Shown in pieces: positions 1 to 10,318 of a stretch of DNA of 64,000 bases. The notes under the pieces were generated by a model that ran no database searches, was not told the DNA's origin, and saw nothing but the letters and a program-made list of their open reading frames with translations. The position numbers were made by a program, and so were the translations under genes. Every line of letters begins with the position of its first letter. Position 1 is the stretch's first letter. The stretch is from an uncultured Bacilli bacterium (lineage in GTDB: Bacteria; Bacillota_I; Bacilli_A; RF39; UBA660), in assembly GCA_934148845.1 (NCBI GenBank), contig CAKPDH010000001.1:251963-315962 (forward strand), written 5' to 3'.

Positions 1-732
1 GTCTCTAGATCCACTTATAACTGTTGCTTTGTGTAATTCTTTTTTTTCTTCATTTACATATTCTACAAAAGACTTTAACCCATTATCATAACAATAACTT
101 TCATGCTTGTTATCTTCTTCATCAGTTATATCTATTGTAAGACCTTCAAGTAAAAATGCACTTTCTTGCATTCTTTCACATATTGTTGTAAATGAAAAAT
201 TAACTGTAGAAAATATAGAATCATCAGGCATAAATCTTACTCTAGTACCTGTTTTACTTGTTTTATCTCTTTTTGTAAGTGGTATATCCAAACATCCACC
301 ATCTTTGAATCTTATAAAATATTCATATCCATCTCTTTTAATTGTTACTTCCATCCATTTAGATAATGCATTAACAACACTTGCACCTACTCCATGTAAT
401 CCACCAGATACAGTATATCCACTACTTTCAAATTTACCACCTGCATGAAGTACTGTATATATTACTTCCGGTGTAGTTTTACCAGATGAATGCATTCCAA
501 CTGGAACACCACGTCCGCAATCTTCTACACTTATACTTTTATCTTTATGTATTATTATTTTAATTTTATTTCCATATCCATTAATAACTTCATCAATAGA
601 ATTATCTACAATTTCCCATACTAAATGATGAAGTCCTCTTTTATCAGTTGAACCAATATACATACCGGGTCTTTTTCTAACTGCTTCAAGTCCTTCTAAT
701 ATTTTTATTGAGCTTTCATCATATTTAACCAT
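1..732 (-). CDS. parE: Type IIA topoisomerase subunit B N-terminal part (ParE/GyrB, ATPase domain). Partial: runs off the window start.
   Basis: Minus-strand translation from the ATG at 730-732 gives MVKYDESSIKILEGLEAVRKRPGMYIGSTDKRGLHHLVWEIVDNSIDE..., the hallmark GyrB/ParE GHKL ATPase N-terminus. Choosing ParE over GyrB is inference. Confidence 0.8.
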   Translation of the reverse strand, partial: MVKYDESSIKILEGLEAVRKRPGMYIGSTDKRGLHHLVWEIVDNSIDEVINGYGNKIKIIIHKDKSISVEDCGRGVPVGMHSSGKTTPEVIYTVLHAGGKFESSGYTVSGGLHGVGASVVNALSKWMEVTIKRDGYEYFIRFKDGGCLDIPLTKRDKTSKTGTRVRFMPDDSIFSTVNFSFTTICERMQESAFLLEGLTIDITDEEDNKHESYCYDNGLKSFVEYVNEEKKELHKATVISGSRD

Positions 733-836
733 ATCTATTCACCTAAATCATTATAACATATATAAACTTTTAAAGTCAAAGATTATATTAATAATTAAAA
801 TCAACATTTATATTATATTTAAAAATGATAAAAATT

Positions 837-1124
837 TTAGTTTTTATCATTTATTTCAATTTTAACTATAGTACATCCTGAATTATTATAAAATAATTTA
901 AAATCTAATACATCTTTGCTTCTTTTAAGTACTTCATGAACTTCTTTTTTTAAAGCACCGCTACCTACTCCATGTATTATACAAATTATATCATTTTTCA
1001 TATGTTTATTATCTTTTATAAATTCTAATACCTTTACTCTAGCACTATCACGATCAAGTCCATGAAGATCTATACTATTTAGAGAATCTATAAAAATTAC
1101 ATCATCTAATTTCATATTATTCAA
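837..1124 (-). CDS. Smr-domain protein (small MutS-related)
   Basis: 95 aa with IDLHGLDRDSA...IIHGVGSGALKKEV...SGCTIVKI, matching the Smr consensus (DLHGL...IIHGkGsG...GaT.V). Overlaps the upstream gene by 8 nt. Confidence 0.7.
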   Translation of the reverse strand: MNNMKLDDVIFIDSLNSIDLHGLDRDSARVKVLEFIKDNKHMKNDIICIIHGVGSGALKKEVHEVLKRSKDVLDFKLFYNNSGCTIVKIEINDKN

Positions 1125-2868
1125 GTATAGCTTTTATTCTTCTAACTCCAGAACTACTAGCCTCTTCTTTAATTATTTTAAAATGTCCAAGTTCGCTTGT
1201 ATTTTTAACATGTGGTCCACCACATATTTCTTTTGATACTGAACCTATGCTATAAACTGTTACTATATCAGGATATTTTTCTATAAACATACACTCAGCA
1301 CCACTTTTAATAGCGTCACTTTTAGACATTTCAGTAAAAGTAACATCATATTTATTGGAAATCCAAGTGTTTACTAAATCTTCTACTTTTTTTATTTCTT
1401 CACTATCTAATTTATGATCACAAGAAAAGTCAAATCTCATTCTCTCACTTGTAATATTTGAACCTTTTTGATGACAATCAGGACTTACAATTATTTTTAA
1501 AGCTGCGTTGAGTAAGTGAGTTGCAGTGTGATACTTAGTTTCAACCAAACCATTACCTCCAAGGCCACCTTTAAATTGTCCACTTGAAGCAGTTCTAGAA
1601 AGTTCTTGATGAGATTTAAATTTTTCTTTAAATCCTATTATATCTACAGTTATATTTTTTTCTTTGCATAACTCTTCTGTAAGTTCAATAGGAAAACCAT
1701 ATGTATCATACAATTTAAATGCTAAATCTTTATTTAAAATACCATCTTTAATATTTGCAATGATCCTATCAAATTCCTTTAATCCCTTTTCAAGAGATCT
1801 ATTAAATTTAATTTTTTCTTGTCTTAATACTTCAAAAACTATTTCTTTATTTTCTTCTAACTCACTATAATACTTTTTATATTTATTAATTATTAAATTA
1901 GCAAGTTCTATATCAAAATCACTATTTGTATCAATTCCAATCTTTTTAGCATGTCTTATCATTCTTCTAATTAATCTTCTAAGTATGTAACCTTGTCCTA
2001 CATTACTTGGTTTAATCATAGCGTTATCAGCGCTTATAAAAACACTAGTTCTTATATGGTCAGCAATTATTCTAATACTTTCTAAATTAGAATTATATTC
2101 TTTATTAGACATTTTACATATTAAATCTATTACATCCTTCCATATACTTGACATATAATTATCATTGACACCCTCAAGTATTGCGGTAACACGTTCAACT
2201 CCCATACCTGTATCTACGTTTTTATTTAAAAGCGGAGTAATTTTACCATCCATCTCATGGTTATATTGCATAAATACATTATTCCATATCTCAACCCATC
2301 TACTATCTTCTGGGTCAAACTTTTCAGGAACCTCATCTTCACTTCTAAAATAAAATATTTCAGTATCTGGACCACATAAACCAGGCATTTCTAAATTAGG
2401 CCACCAATTATCTTCTATTGTTTTATATATTCTATCACTTTTTATACCCAAGCTTTTCCAAATATTTGTAGCTTCATCATCAGGAAGAGCTATATCATTA
2501 CCTGCAAATACAGTTACAGCTAGTTTTTCTTTTTTTAATTTTAATACTTCAGTTAAAAATTCAAAACTCCAAGTAATTGCTTCTTTTTTAAAATAATCTC
2601 CAAGTGACCAATTACCTAACATCTCAAAAAAAGTATGGTGATATGAATCCCCTACACTATCTAAATCATTTGTTCTAATACATTTTTGATAATCACACAA
2701 TCTAGTACCATAAGGATGCTTTTTTCCCTTTAAATAAGGAATAATTGGCTGCATACCAGCAGTATTAAATAATACTGTATTATCATTTTCTGGTACAACA
2801 GGTGCACTTTTTATTTGCTTATGGCCTTTACTCACAAAAAAATCTATATACAAATCTTTTAAATTCAT
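1117..2868 (-). CDS. alaS: Alanyl-tRNA synthetase-like protein, short form (catalytic plus editing domains, no C-Ala domain)
   Basis: N-terminus FVSKGHKQIKSAPVVPENDNTVLFNTAGMQP is the class II AlaRS signature. Editing-domain motifs HTATH and CGGPH are present. Only 583 aa compared with about 870 for canonical AlaRS. Confidence 0.75.
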   Translation of the reverse strand: MNLKDLYIDFFVSKGHKQIKSAPVVPENDNTVLFNTAGMQPIIPYLKGKKHPYGTRLCDYQKCIRTNDLDSVGDSYHHTFFEMLGNWSLGDYFKKEAITWSFEFLTEVLKLKKEKLAVTVFAGNDIALPDDEATNIWKSLGIKSDRIYKTIEDNWWPNLEMPGLCGPDTEIFYFRSEDEVPEKFDPEDSRWVEIWNNVFMQYNHEMDGKITPLLNKNVDTGMGVERVTAILEGVNDNYMSSIWKDVIDLICKMSNKEYNSNLESIRIIADHIRTSVFISADNAMIKPSNVGQGYILRRLIRRMIRHAKKIGIDTNSDFDIELANLIINKYKKYYSELEENKEIVFEVLRQEKIKFNRSLEKGLKEFDRIIANIKDGILNKDLAFKLYDTYGFPIELTEELCKEKNITVDIIGFKEKFKSHQELSRTASSGQFKGGLGGNGLVETKYHTATHLLNAALKIIVSPDCHQKGSNITSERMRFDFSCDHKLDSEEIKKVEDLVNTWISNKYDVTFTEMSKSDAIKSGAECMFIEKYPDIVTVYSIGSVSKEICGGPHVKNTSELGHFKIIKEEASSSGVRRIKAILE

Positions 2869-3512
2869 AAACTCACCTCTATTATACTTTTTATTTTATC
2901 TACAACTTCTGATACTGTAAGATTAGAAGAATCTATATAAATAGAATCCGGAGTTCTAGTAAGTGATCCTACTTCTTTATGAGTATCATTATAGTCTCTT
3001 TTTCTTATATTATCTTCTATTTCTTCTAGTGAAACATTCATACCGGAAGCAACATTTTCTTTATATCTTCTTAAAGCTCTAACACTTAAATCTGCATCTA
3101 AATAAAACTTATAATCTGCATTTGGGAAAACCACAGTAGTAATATCTCTACCTTCCATTATAACATTTTTACCATACGCAATTTCTCTTTGCATAGATAC
3201 AAGTATTTCCCTTAATTTCACTATGCTTGATACTGGAGAAACTATACGTGTTACTTCCATAGTTCTAATTTCTTTACTAACATCTTCACCATTTAAATAT
3301 ACTTTATCATCCTTAAATTCTATTTTAGAATTTAAAGCAATATCAACTATTCTTGCACTATCATTAATATCAACATTATTTTTTAATACACTATACGCTA
3401 TAGCTCTATACATCGCTCCAGTATCTATATATACTAAATTACACTTATGAGCTAATATTTTAGCTACAGTACCTTTACCACTCCCAGCAGGACCATCTAT
3501 TGCTACTACCAT
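2865..3512 (-). CDS. cmk: Cytidylate kinase
   Basis: MVVAIDGPAGSGKGTVAKILA...IDTGAMYRA is the canonical Cmk P-loop and N-terminus. 4-nt overlap with the downstream gene. Confidence 0.9.
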   Translation of the reverse strand: MVVAIDGPAGSGKGTVAKILAHKCNLVYIDTGAMYRAIAYSVLKNNVDINDSARIVDIALNSKIEFKDDKVYLNGEDVSKEIRTMEVTRIVSPVSSIVKLREILVSMQREIAYGKNVIMEGRDITTVVFPNADYKFYLDADLSVRALRRYKENVASGMNVSLEEIEDNIRKRDYNDTHKEVGSLTRTPDSIYIDSSNLTVSEVVDKIKSIIEVSL

Positions 3513-3513
3513 A

Positions 3514-4047
3514 TTACACCTCTAATATACTTTCTATATCTTTAATTAATTTATAATGAGTTAGGTTTGTGACTACATAATCATAAGCATTATAATTATC
3601 TAAATCAGTTTCTGTTTTGTGCTTCTTTTCTTCTTCACTCAAATTATTACCTAATGGATTAATTATTCTAATATTAATAGAATCTTTATATTTATCCTTT
3701 ATTGATCTAATTTCGTCTACAAGCCTTGCGTCATTAACAATTATTATATCATAAAAGTAAGAAAAAATTTCTATATCTTCTAGTATTCTTCTTATAAAAA
3801 GCTTATCATCTATTTTTTCTTTAACAAGTTCTATTCCAAAATTTTGTAAAAAAGTTCTAGGTTTATTAAATTCATTAAAATCGCCTATTATTCTTCTTGC
3901 ATAATCTTTAATATAATGTCCATAAGATATAGTAATTACTTTTTTATCACTAAAATAGTTAGTGATTATTTTAGATACTTCGTCTTTACCGCTTTTAGCA
4001 TATCCAGATAATATATATATTTTAATATCTCTTTTTTCAAATTCCAT
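3514..4047 (-). CDS. P-loop NTPase, putative nucleoside/nucleotide kinase
   Basis: Walker-A-like YILSGYAKSGKDEV. Small (177 aa) and sits in an operon with cmk. Confidence 0.45.
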   Translation of the reverse strand: MEFEKRDIKIYILSGYAKSGKDEVSKIITNYFSDKKVITISYGHYIKDYARRIIGDFNEFNKPRTFLQNFGIELVKEKIDDKLFIRRILEDIEIFSYFYDIIIVNDARLVDEIRSIKDKYKDSINIRIINPLGNNLSEEEKKHKTETDLDNYNAYDYVVTNLTHYKLIKDIESILEV

Positions 4048-4054
4048 AAACCAC

Positions 4055-5176
4055 CTAATTAAAATTTAATATGTCATATTTTTCATCAATATATTTAAAT
4101 ATTACTTTAATAACTCCTATTATTGGCGTTGAAAGAAGCATACCAACTATCCCAAAGAAATGACCAAATAATAAAAGTCCTATTATTATTGTTACTGGAT
4201 TTAACTTAGTTGTTTTACTTATTATTAATGTTTGAAGTATATTACCCTCAAGTGATTGAATTATAACGATCGCTATTAATACACATATACCTATTCCAGT
4301 ACTTTGTGAAAATCCAACTATTACAGCAGGAGCCCCACCTAAATATGGACCAGCATAAGGAATAATATTCATAAGTCCACAAAATAATCCAAAAAGTATT
4401 GGTGCTTTAAGACCTATTATAGCAAACGCTACTGATGATACTAAAACAACTAAAAGTGCATCTAGAAGTGCTCCGTTAACATATCCTCTAAGAGATGATT
4501 CTATCTTACTTGCTAAAGTTACAGTAGAATCTTTAAATCTATTTGGAATTACTTCAAGTAAAAATGTACTTACATTATTACAAGATAGTAATAAATAAAA
4601 TCCAATTACAAGTCCTATTACAAATGTACCTATATATGAAATTATTGATGATAAAAAATTTATAAGTATACTAGGAAGAGACGTTGCTAAAGATTTTGAT
4701 ATGTCATCTATCTTACTGAAAATATTCTCTTCTAAATTATTTATATCTACAACATTTGTATCAAGTTTGCTTAGAATTCCTTCAATCCATTCTTTTAAAT
4801 TAGAAAAAATACCTGGAAGATTTCCAACTAACTCTATTGTTTGAGTATATAATAGTGGTATTATAGTTTTTATAAGAAGCACTATACATAAAACAAGTAT
4901 TATATACGAAAATAAAGTACCAATACCTCTTCTAACTTTTTTCTTTTCTAACCATTTAACAAATGGATTTAAAAGCCACGCTATTACTATACCTAAGAAT
5001 AAAGGTGAAAGTATTTTTAATATAGAAATAAATACTCTAGCTATCTTTAGTTCTTTAAATATTTTAAGCAATACATAAGCACCTACAACAATTAATAATA
5101 CATATACTAATTTTAATATTTTTTTAGAAATACTAACAACTTCATTTAAATTATTCTTATCTATATTTTTATTCAT
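4055..5176 (-). CDS. AI-2E family transporter (PerM/UPF0118 permease)
   Basis: Eight-TM protein with the family's C-terminal region ...NIIPYAGPYLGGAPAVIVGF... Confidence 0.8.
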   Translation of the reverse strand: MNKNIDKNNLNEVVSISKKILKLVYVLLIVVGAYVLLKIFKELKIARVFISILKILSPLFLGIVIAWLLNPFVKWLEKKKVRRGIGTLFSYIILVLCIVLLIKTIIPLLYTQTIELVGNLPGIFSNLKEWIEGILSKLDTNVVDINNLEENIFSKIDDISKSLATSLPSILINFLSSIISYIGTFVIGLVIGFYLLLSCNNVSTFLLEVIPNRFKDSTVTLASKIESSLRGYVNGALLDALLVVLVSSVAFAIIGLKAPILFGLFCGLMNIIPYAGPYLGGAPAVIVGFSQSTGIGICVLIAIVIIQSLEGNILQTLIISKTTKLNPVTIIIGLLLFGHFFGIVGMLLSTPIIGVIKVIFKYIDEKYDILNFN

Positions 5177-5277
5177 AATTAATCCTTTCTATAATCGTTT
5201 AAATTATAACATATTTTATTCAATAAAAAAAGATTATTTTTAATCTTTATATTATTATATTAAATACTATTAAATAA

Positions 5278-5312
5278 AAAAACAAATATTTTATTTGTCT
5301 TTTTAACTACTT
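5278..5312 (-). terminator. Rho-independent terminator downstream of frr
   Basis: Minus strand reads gacaaataaaatatttgtc (a hairpin) followed by a T-run. Confidence 0.5.
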
Positions 5313-5329
5313 TTTATAATTTATTTTAA

Positions 5330-5872
5330 TTAAAAGCTCATTAATTCACTTTCTTTTACTTTTAATTTTTCATCTACTATTTTATTATATTTATTAATTA
5401 ATTCTTGCACTTCTTCAATACCTTGCTTTTCTAAATCCTCTGGTATTTCTAATTTCTTTATACTGTTATTTGAATCTTGCCTTATATTTCTCAAAGCTAT
5501 TTTACAATCTTCAGCATACTCTTTAGCCTGTTTTACATAACCTTTTCTAGTTTCCTCCGTAAGAGCTGGTATATTTAATATTATCATTTCTCCATTATTA
5601 TTTGGAGTTATTCCTATATTTGATTCATAAATTGCTTTTTCTATTGCACCTATACTACTTCTATCAAAAGGTTTAATACATAATTGTCTTGCTTCTGGTA
5701 TTGATATTGTAGCAAGTTGTTTTAAGCTAGTGTCAGTTCCATAATAATTTACAAATATTCCATCTAACATAGCTGGATTAGCACGCCCAGCTCTAATATT
5801 TGTAAATCTCTTCTCCATATTTGTAATTGCATTTTTCATACTTTCTTCAGTACTTATTAAAATATCGTCCAT
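5330..5872 (-). CDS. frr: Ribosome recycling factor
   Basis: 180 aa with ...IRAGRANPAMLDGI...ISIPEAR...LTEETRK..., a typical RRF. Confidence 0.9.
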   Translation of the reverse strand: MDDILISTEESMKNAITNMEKRFTNIRAGRANPAMLDGIFVNYYGTDTSLKQLATISIPEARQLCIKPFDRSSIGAIEKAIYESNIGITPNNNGEMIILNIPALTEETRKGYVKQAKEYAEDCKIALRNIRQDSNNSIKKLEIPEDLEKQGIEEVQELINKYNKIVDEKLKVKESELMSF

Positions 5873-5887
5873 AATATCTCCTTCTTA

Positions 5888-7309
5888 TTAATATTGTATT
5901 CCCCATACAACCAATTTATCTGCATCTAAACCACATACAACACATTTATCATCTATTTTTTCTGAATCTATTATACATCTTGATTTAGTGCCTTTAATTT
6001 CTTTCATTTTAAGTTCGCATTCTTCTCTACCACACCACATAGCTTTAACAAATCCAGGATGATTATTCATAATATCTTCTACTTCTTTCATATTATGTGC
6101 CTCATAAGTTTTAGAATTTCTTCTTTCTAAAGCTCTATTATACATATCTTTTTGTATGCTTTCCATAAGATTATTTACATATGATACTATATCTATATCC
6201 TTATCTACTTTAAATTTTTCTTTAGTATCTCTACGTACAATAGTAATAACTCCACTATCAAGATCACGTTTTCCTATTTCAATTCTAACTGGTATTCCTA
6301 AAACTTCTGCTTCAGCAAATTTAAATCCAGGTGACTTTTCCGTATCATCAACATAGCAACTAATATCATTATCAAGTAATTTATTATATATATCAAGGGA
6401 TAAAAGTTTAACTTCACTATCATTTCCTACTTCTATTATAGCTACTTTATTAGGCGCTATTTTTGGTGGAAGTACAAGCCCAGAATCATCACTGTGAACC
6501 ATAATAAGTGCGCCAATCATTCTTGTTGTAGTTCCCCAAGAAGTTTGATATGCATATTCAAGTTCATTATTTTTATTTAAAAACTTAATATCATATGCTT
6601 TACTAAATTTTTGACCAAAATAATGACTAGTACCAGATTGTAAGGACACACCATTATACATTAATGCCTCAACAGTAAGTGTATATTCTGCGCCTGCAAA
6701 TTTTTCTCTTTCAGTTTTTCTTCCTGTTATTACTGGTATAGCAAGATAGTCTTCAAAAAATGTTTTATATGTATTAAGCATATTTTTTGTTTCACATTCA
6801 GCTTCCTCTTTAGATGAATGTACTGTATGACCTTCTTGCCATAAAAATTCACGACTTCTTAGAAATGGTCTTGTCTCCTTCTCCCATCTCATTACATTGC
6901 ACCACTGATTATATTTAAGTGGAAGATCTCTATATGATTTAACAACTGAAGCATAATAATCACTAAAAAGTGTTTCACTTGTAGGTCTTATGCATAATCT
7001 TTCATCAAGAGTTTTACAACCACCAACAGTAACCCAAGCAACTTCAGGAGCAAAACCATTAATAAGCTCTCCTTCTTTTTTCATTAAGTTCTCTGGTATT
7101 AAAACTGGCATATATACATTTTTATGTCCAGTACGTTTAAACATTTTATCTAGAGTACTTTGCATCATTTCCCATATAGCATATCCATTAGGTTCAAATA
7201 TTGTGCATCCTTTCACGCTAGAATAGCTAGCTAAATGTGCAGCAGTTACAACATCAGTATACCATTTAGCAAAATCTTTATCTCTACTAGTTATTGCTTT
7301 ATTAGCCAT
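5888..7309 (-). CDS. proS: Prolyl-tRNA synthetase, archaeal/eukaryotic-type
   Basis: 473 aa class II aaRS ending in a Zn-binding C-terminus CGREECE...CVVCG, typical of type-II ProRS in Clostridia. Confidence 0.85.
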   Translation of the reverse strand: MANKAITSRDKDFAKWYTDVVTAAHLASYSSVKGCTIFEPNGYAIWEMMQSTLDKMFKRTGHKNVYMPVLIPENLMKKEGELINGFAPEVAWVTVGGCKTLDERLCIRPTSETLFSDYYASVVKSYRDLPLKYNQWCNVMRWEKETRPFLRSREFLWQEGHTVHSSKEEAECETKNMLNTYKTFFEDYLAIPVITGRKTEREKFAGAEYTLTVEALMYNGVSLQSGTSHYFGQKFSKAYDIKFLNKNNELEYAYQTSWGTTTRMIGALIMVHSDDSGLVLPPKIAPNKVAIIEVGNDSEVKLLSLDIYNKLLDNDISCYVDDTEKSPGFKFAEAEVLGIPVRIEIGKRDLDSGVITIVRRDTKEKFKVDKDIDIVSYVNNLMESIQKDMYNRALERRNSKTYEAHNMKEVEDIMNNHPGFVKAMWCGREECELKMKEIKGTKSRCIIDSEKIDDKCVVCGLDADKLVVWGIQY

Positions 7310-7621
7310 ATTATCACTCCTTTTACAATTATATCAAAAAATTAATTAAAAAGATATTATTTCTAATTACTTACTTAATTTTTTTATTTTTTTATTACCG
7401 TTTTCTACTAAATTAAATATATTAGAAGTTTTAATTTTTAAAAGAGATATTAATATTAAAGTATTAATTATATCACAAGATAAAGGTGAACCAAGATTTA
7501 TTCTATTCAATAAAGACTCATTTAATGATTTTTTAATACTATTATTTAAAGCTATATAATCTATTTTAGAATCATAAACTAATCTATATTTATTTTATTA
7601 AGTGCTTCAATCATAATTACC

Positions 7622-9403
7622 TCAATCTTTATTAGATTCTTCTAAAAATTTTTTTAAATTAATAGCCACATTTAATGGTACTATTAAAGAAAGATCCTCT
7701 ACACTTGCTTGACTTATTTTATTTATAGTTTTATATTTTTTAAGCAAATCATTTTTTCTTTTTTCACCTATTCCATCTATACTATCAAGTATACTAGAAA
7801 GAGCTCCTTTACTTCTTATTTGTTTATGATAATTTATAGTAAATTCATGTACTTCATCCTGCATGCGTTCAAGTAAATAAAATAAATTACTCTTTTTATC
7901 TATTTCTATTTCTCTTATAGGATCAAAACCTAAAAGAGCACTTGTTGTATGTTTACTATCTTTTTTAAGCCCTATTACAGGTATATTTAAATTTAAATCT
8001 TTTAATACACTACGAGCTACATTTATTTGTCCAATCCCACCATCTACTATAATTAAATCAGGTCGCTCTAAATTATCTTTTAATACTCTAAAATATCTTC
8101 TATATATAACTTCTCTCATAGTATTATAATCATCATTAGTATCATTACTAATTTTAAATTTTCTATAATTATTTTTACTTGGCTTTCCATCTATATATAC
8201 AACCATTCCAGATACATTATAAGTACCAAAAAGATGAGCATTATCAAATATTTCTATTCGTGATAATTTAGATAAATTTAAACACTTCATAAGTTCTTCT
8301 TGTGCTTTTACTGTTTTATCTAAATCTTTTTTTATTAATTCAAACTTCTCAGATAAGCTTATTTCTGCATTCTTACAAGCCATATCAACTAACTTTAATT
8401 TTTCACCCTTTATAGGTTTTTTAACATTCAAATTTAAATAATCAGTCAAAATATTATTATCAACAATATCAGGCACTAATATTTCCGATGGTTTATTTAA
8501 ATTAGTATAAAAACGCGCTATAAACCTAGTTAATTCTTCACATACATCATCAACTATATCAAATATTTTACTTTCTCTACCAACTATTTTTGATCCCCTA
8601 ATAAAAAAAACCTGTACACTTAAATAACCTTTATCAAAATAATATCCAAATACATCCCTATCAACATTATCTTTAAGTTCAACTTCTTGGTTAGTTAAAG
8701 TTATATTTATATAATCAATTAAATCTTTATATTCCTTAGCATGTTCAAAATTTAATAAACTACTTTCCTTATACATTTTTTCTTCAAGTCTTTTAGTTAC
8801 AATAGTATGATCGCCATTCAAGAACTTCTTTATCTCATCTACTATGTTATTAACCAAAGCATTATCAACTTTATGAGTACAATATCCTAAACATTCATTT
8901 ATATGATAATATAAGCAAGGCTTACTTGGATATGTATTACATTTTCTAAGAGGATATATTCTATTTAACAAATTAACTGTATTACGTGCAGCCGTAACAT
9001 TAGGATAAGGTCCATATAAATGCTTAGCTTTCTTTTTTCTATTAATATTTCTAATTATTTTTAATGTAGGAGCAGATCCTGTTATAAGTTCTATATAAGG
9101 ATAGCTCTTATCATCTCTAAGCAATATATTATATTTAGGATCATATTTTTTTATTAAATTAATTTCAAGTATTAAAGATTCAACCTCGCTATTAACAACA
9201 ATATACTCAAAATCATCTATTTCACTTACTAATTTTTTTGTCTTACCATAATGAGTACCTCTAAAATAAGAATTTACTCTATTTTTTAACTTTTTAGCTT
9301 TACCAACATATATAATTACTCCATCTTTATTCTTCATAAGATAACATCCTGGAAGACTTGGGAGATTAAGTAATTTATCTTTTAATTTAGCATGTGAATC
9401 CAT
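7622..9403 (-). CDS. uvrC: Excinuclease ABC subunit C
   Basis: N-terminal GIY-YIG motif (GCYLMKNKDGVIIYVGKAKKLKNRVNSYF) and a C-terminal HhH region, 593 aa. Confidence 0.9.
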   Translation of the reverse strand: MDSHAKLKDKLLNLPSLPGCYLMKNKDGVIIYVGKAKKLKNRVNSYFRGTHYGKTKKLVSEIDDFEYIVVNSEVESLILEINLIKKYDPKYNILLRDDKSYPYIELITGSAPTLKIIRNINRKKKAKHLYGPYPNVTAARNTVNLLNRIYPLRKCNTYPSKPCLYYHINECLGYCTHKVDNALVNNIVDEIKKFLNGDHTIVTKRLEEKMYKESSLLNFEHAKEYKDLIDYINITLTNQEVELKDNVDRDVFGYYFDKGYLSVQVFFIRGSKIVGRESKIFDIVDDVCEELTRFIARFYTNLNKPSEILVPDIVDNNILTDYLNLNVKKPIKGEKLKLVDMACKNAEISLSEKFELIKKDLDKTVKAQEELMKCLNLSKLSRIEIFDNAHLFGTYNVSGMVVYIDGKPSKNNYRKFKISNDTNDDYNTMREVIYRRYFRVLKDNLERPDLIIVDGGIGQINVARSVLKDLNLNIPVIGLKKDSKHTTSALLGFDPIREIEIDKKSNLFYLLERMQDEVHEFTINYHKQIRSKGALSSILDSIDGIGEKRKNDLLKKYKTINKISQASVEDLSLIVPLNVAINLKKFLEESNKD

Positions 9404-9455
9404 AAAACCACCAAAAATATTATATCAAAAAAAAATAAGGATTTAAATCCCTATT

Positions 9456-10310
9456 TTAGTTTTCGTTATTCTTTCTTACTTTACATACTAAATAGATACT
9501 TTCGCCTACTAAGCATACTAGTAATACTAAACTTAAAATCATCCAAGCATTAGAATTATTTTCTTTTACAATTTCTTTAGGTTGATCTTCAGTTTTACAT
9601 TCTTTTTTTACAGCTATCTTAAATTTAACATCTTCAAGTCTTTTTTTAAAATCTGTCTTTTCATCACAACTTGGAAGACTTTCTACTGCTTTAAGTGCTG
9701 CTTCATAATCATCATCTTGTAATGATTTTTCACTAGCTTCTACTAAAATTCTAGCTTTCTTTATTGCTTCTTGCTTTGCAGCTTCTGCTTCTGCCTCTTT
9801 TTTAGCTTTTTCCTCTGCCTCTTTTTTAGCTTTTTCTTCTGCTGCTTTTTTTGCCTCTTCTTGAGCTTTCTTTTCTGCTTCAGTCATAGCTGGGTTAACT
9901 TTAATATCAATTGCTGCTGCAAGACCTGCATATGTATTATCGCCATCACTTGCTTCTACATTAACATTAATTCTACCAGTACCTACACTAGTACCTTTTA
10001 CTGTTATTGCAAATACACTAGTACCACTACTTACACCGCTTTGTGAATATAGAGCATATCTATTTCCACTTTGGCTCATTTTAACAAAACCGCTTTGTTC
10101 TTTAGCACTTACTAAAGCTATAGAACCTGATGTACTAAAAGTTATATCAGCACCTCTAACTTTACTTATACCATTAACTTTTACGTAAATAGTTGTTTGC
10201 TTATTTATCTTAATTGTATTTGTACCTGCTAAACTTACTGATGCTGCTTTAACACTTGGTACAACTATTAAACATAATAATAAAGCAACTAAATATTTTA
10301 ACTTCTTCAT
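9456..10310 (-). CDS. Secreted, membrane-anchored surface protein: N-terminal cohesin-like beta domain, KE-rich coiled linker, C-terminal TM anchor
   Basis: Signal peptide MKKLKYLVALLLCLIVVPSVKA. A roughly 120-aa beta-rich domain resembles cohesin (ISKVRGADITFSTSGSIALVSAKE...). An (EEKAKKEA)n repeat follows. C-terminal hydrophobic anchor WMILSLVLLVCLVGESIYLVC-KVRK. Confidence 0.45.
   Translation of the reverse strand: MKKLKYLVALLLCLIVVPSVKAASVSLAGTNTIKINKQTTIYVKVNGISKVRGADITFSTSGSIALVSAKEQSGFVKMSQSGNRYALYSQSGVSSGTSVFAITVKGTSVGTGRINVNVEASDGDNTYAGLAAAIDIKVNPAMTEAEKKAQEEAKKAAEEKAKKEAEEKAKKEAEAEAAKQEAIKKARILVEASEKSLQDDDYEAALKAVESLPSCDEKTDFKKRLEDVKFKIAVKKECKTEDQPKEIVKENNSNAWMILSLVLLVCLVGESIYLVCKVRKNNEN
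9791..9838 (-). repeat. 24-bp tandem repeat (two or more copies) encoding the (EEKAKKEA)n linker
   Basis: ctgcctcttttttagctttttcct occurs twice in a row, with degenerate copies after it. Confidence 0.6.
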
Positions 10311-10318
10311 AATTCCTC

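Noticed and set aside
107-448. Plus-strand ORFs in the track, for example 107..448, 1664..1870, 2165..2353, 3223..3450, 6156..6356, 6990..7226, 9771..10046, 10400..10615, 12982..13224, 14148..14330, 15951..16241, 17914..18096, 19815..20063, 20891..21259, 22509..22902, 25424..25627, 28803..28991, 31207..31392, 33542..34048, 35064..35529, 36302..36589, 39890..40072, 41993..42334, 46137..46640, 48727..48951, 55793..56014, 60155..60361 and 61771..62010.
   Set aside because: All lie antisense inside strongly supported minus-strand genes. Their products are low-complexity S/L/F/I-rich translations of AT-rich DNA with no motifs or RBS.
7310-7621. Possible T-box leader upstream of proS.
   Set aside because: No T-box consensus (AATTAGGGTGGNACCGCG) or specifier/antiterminator arrangement in the 310-nt leader. 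It is just AT-rich intergenic sequence.
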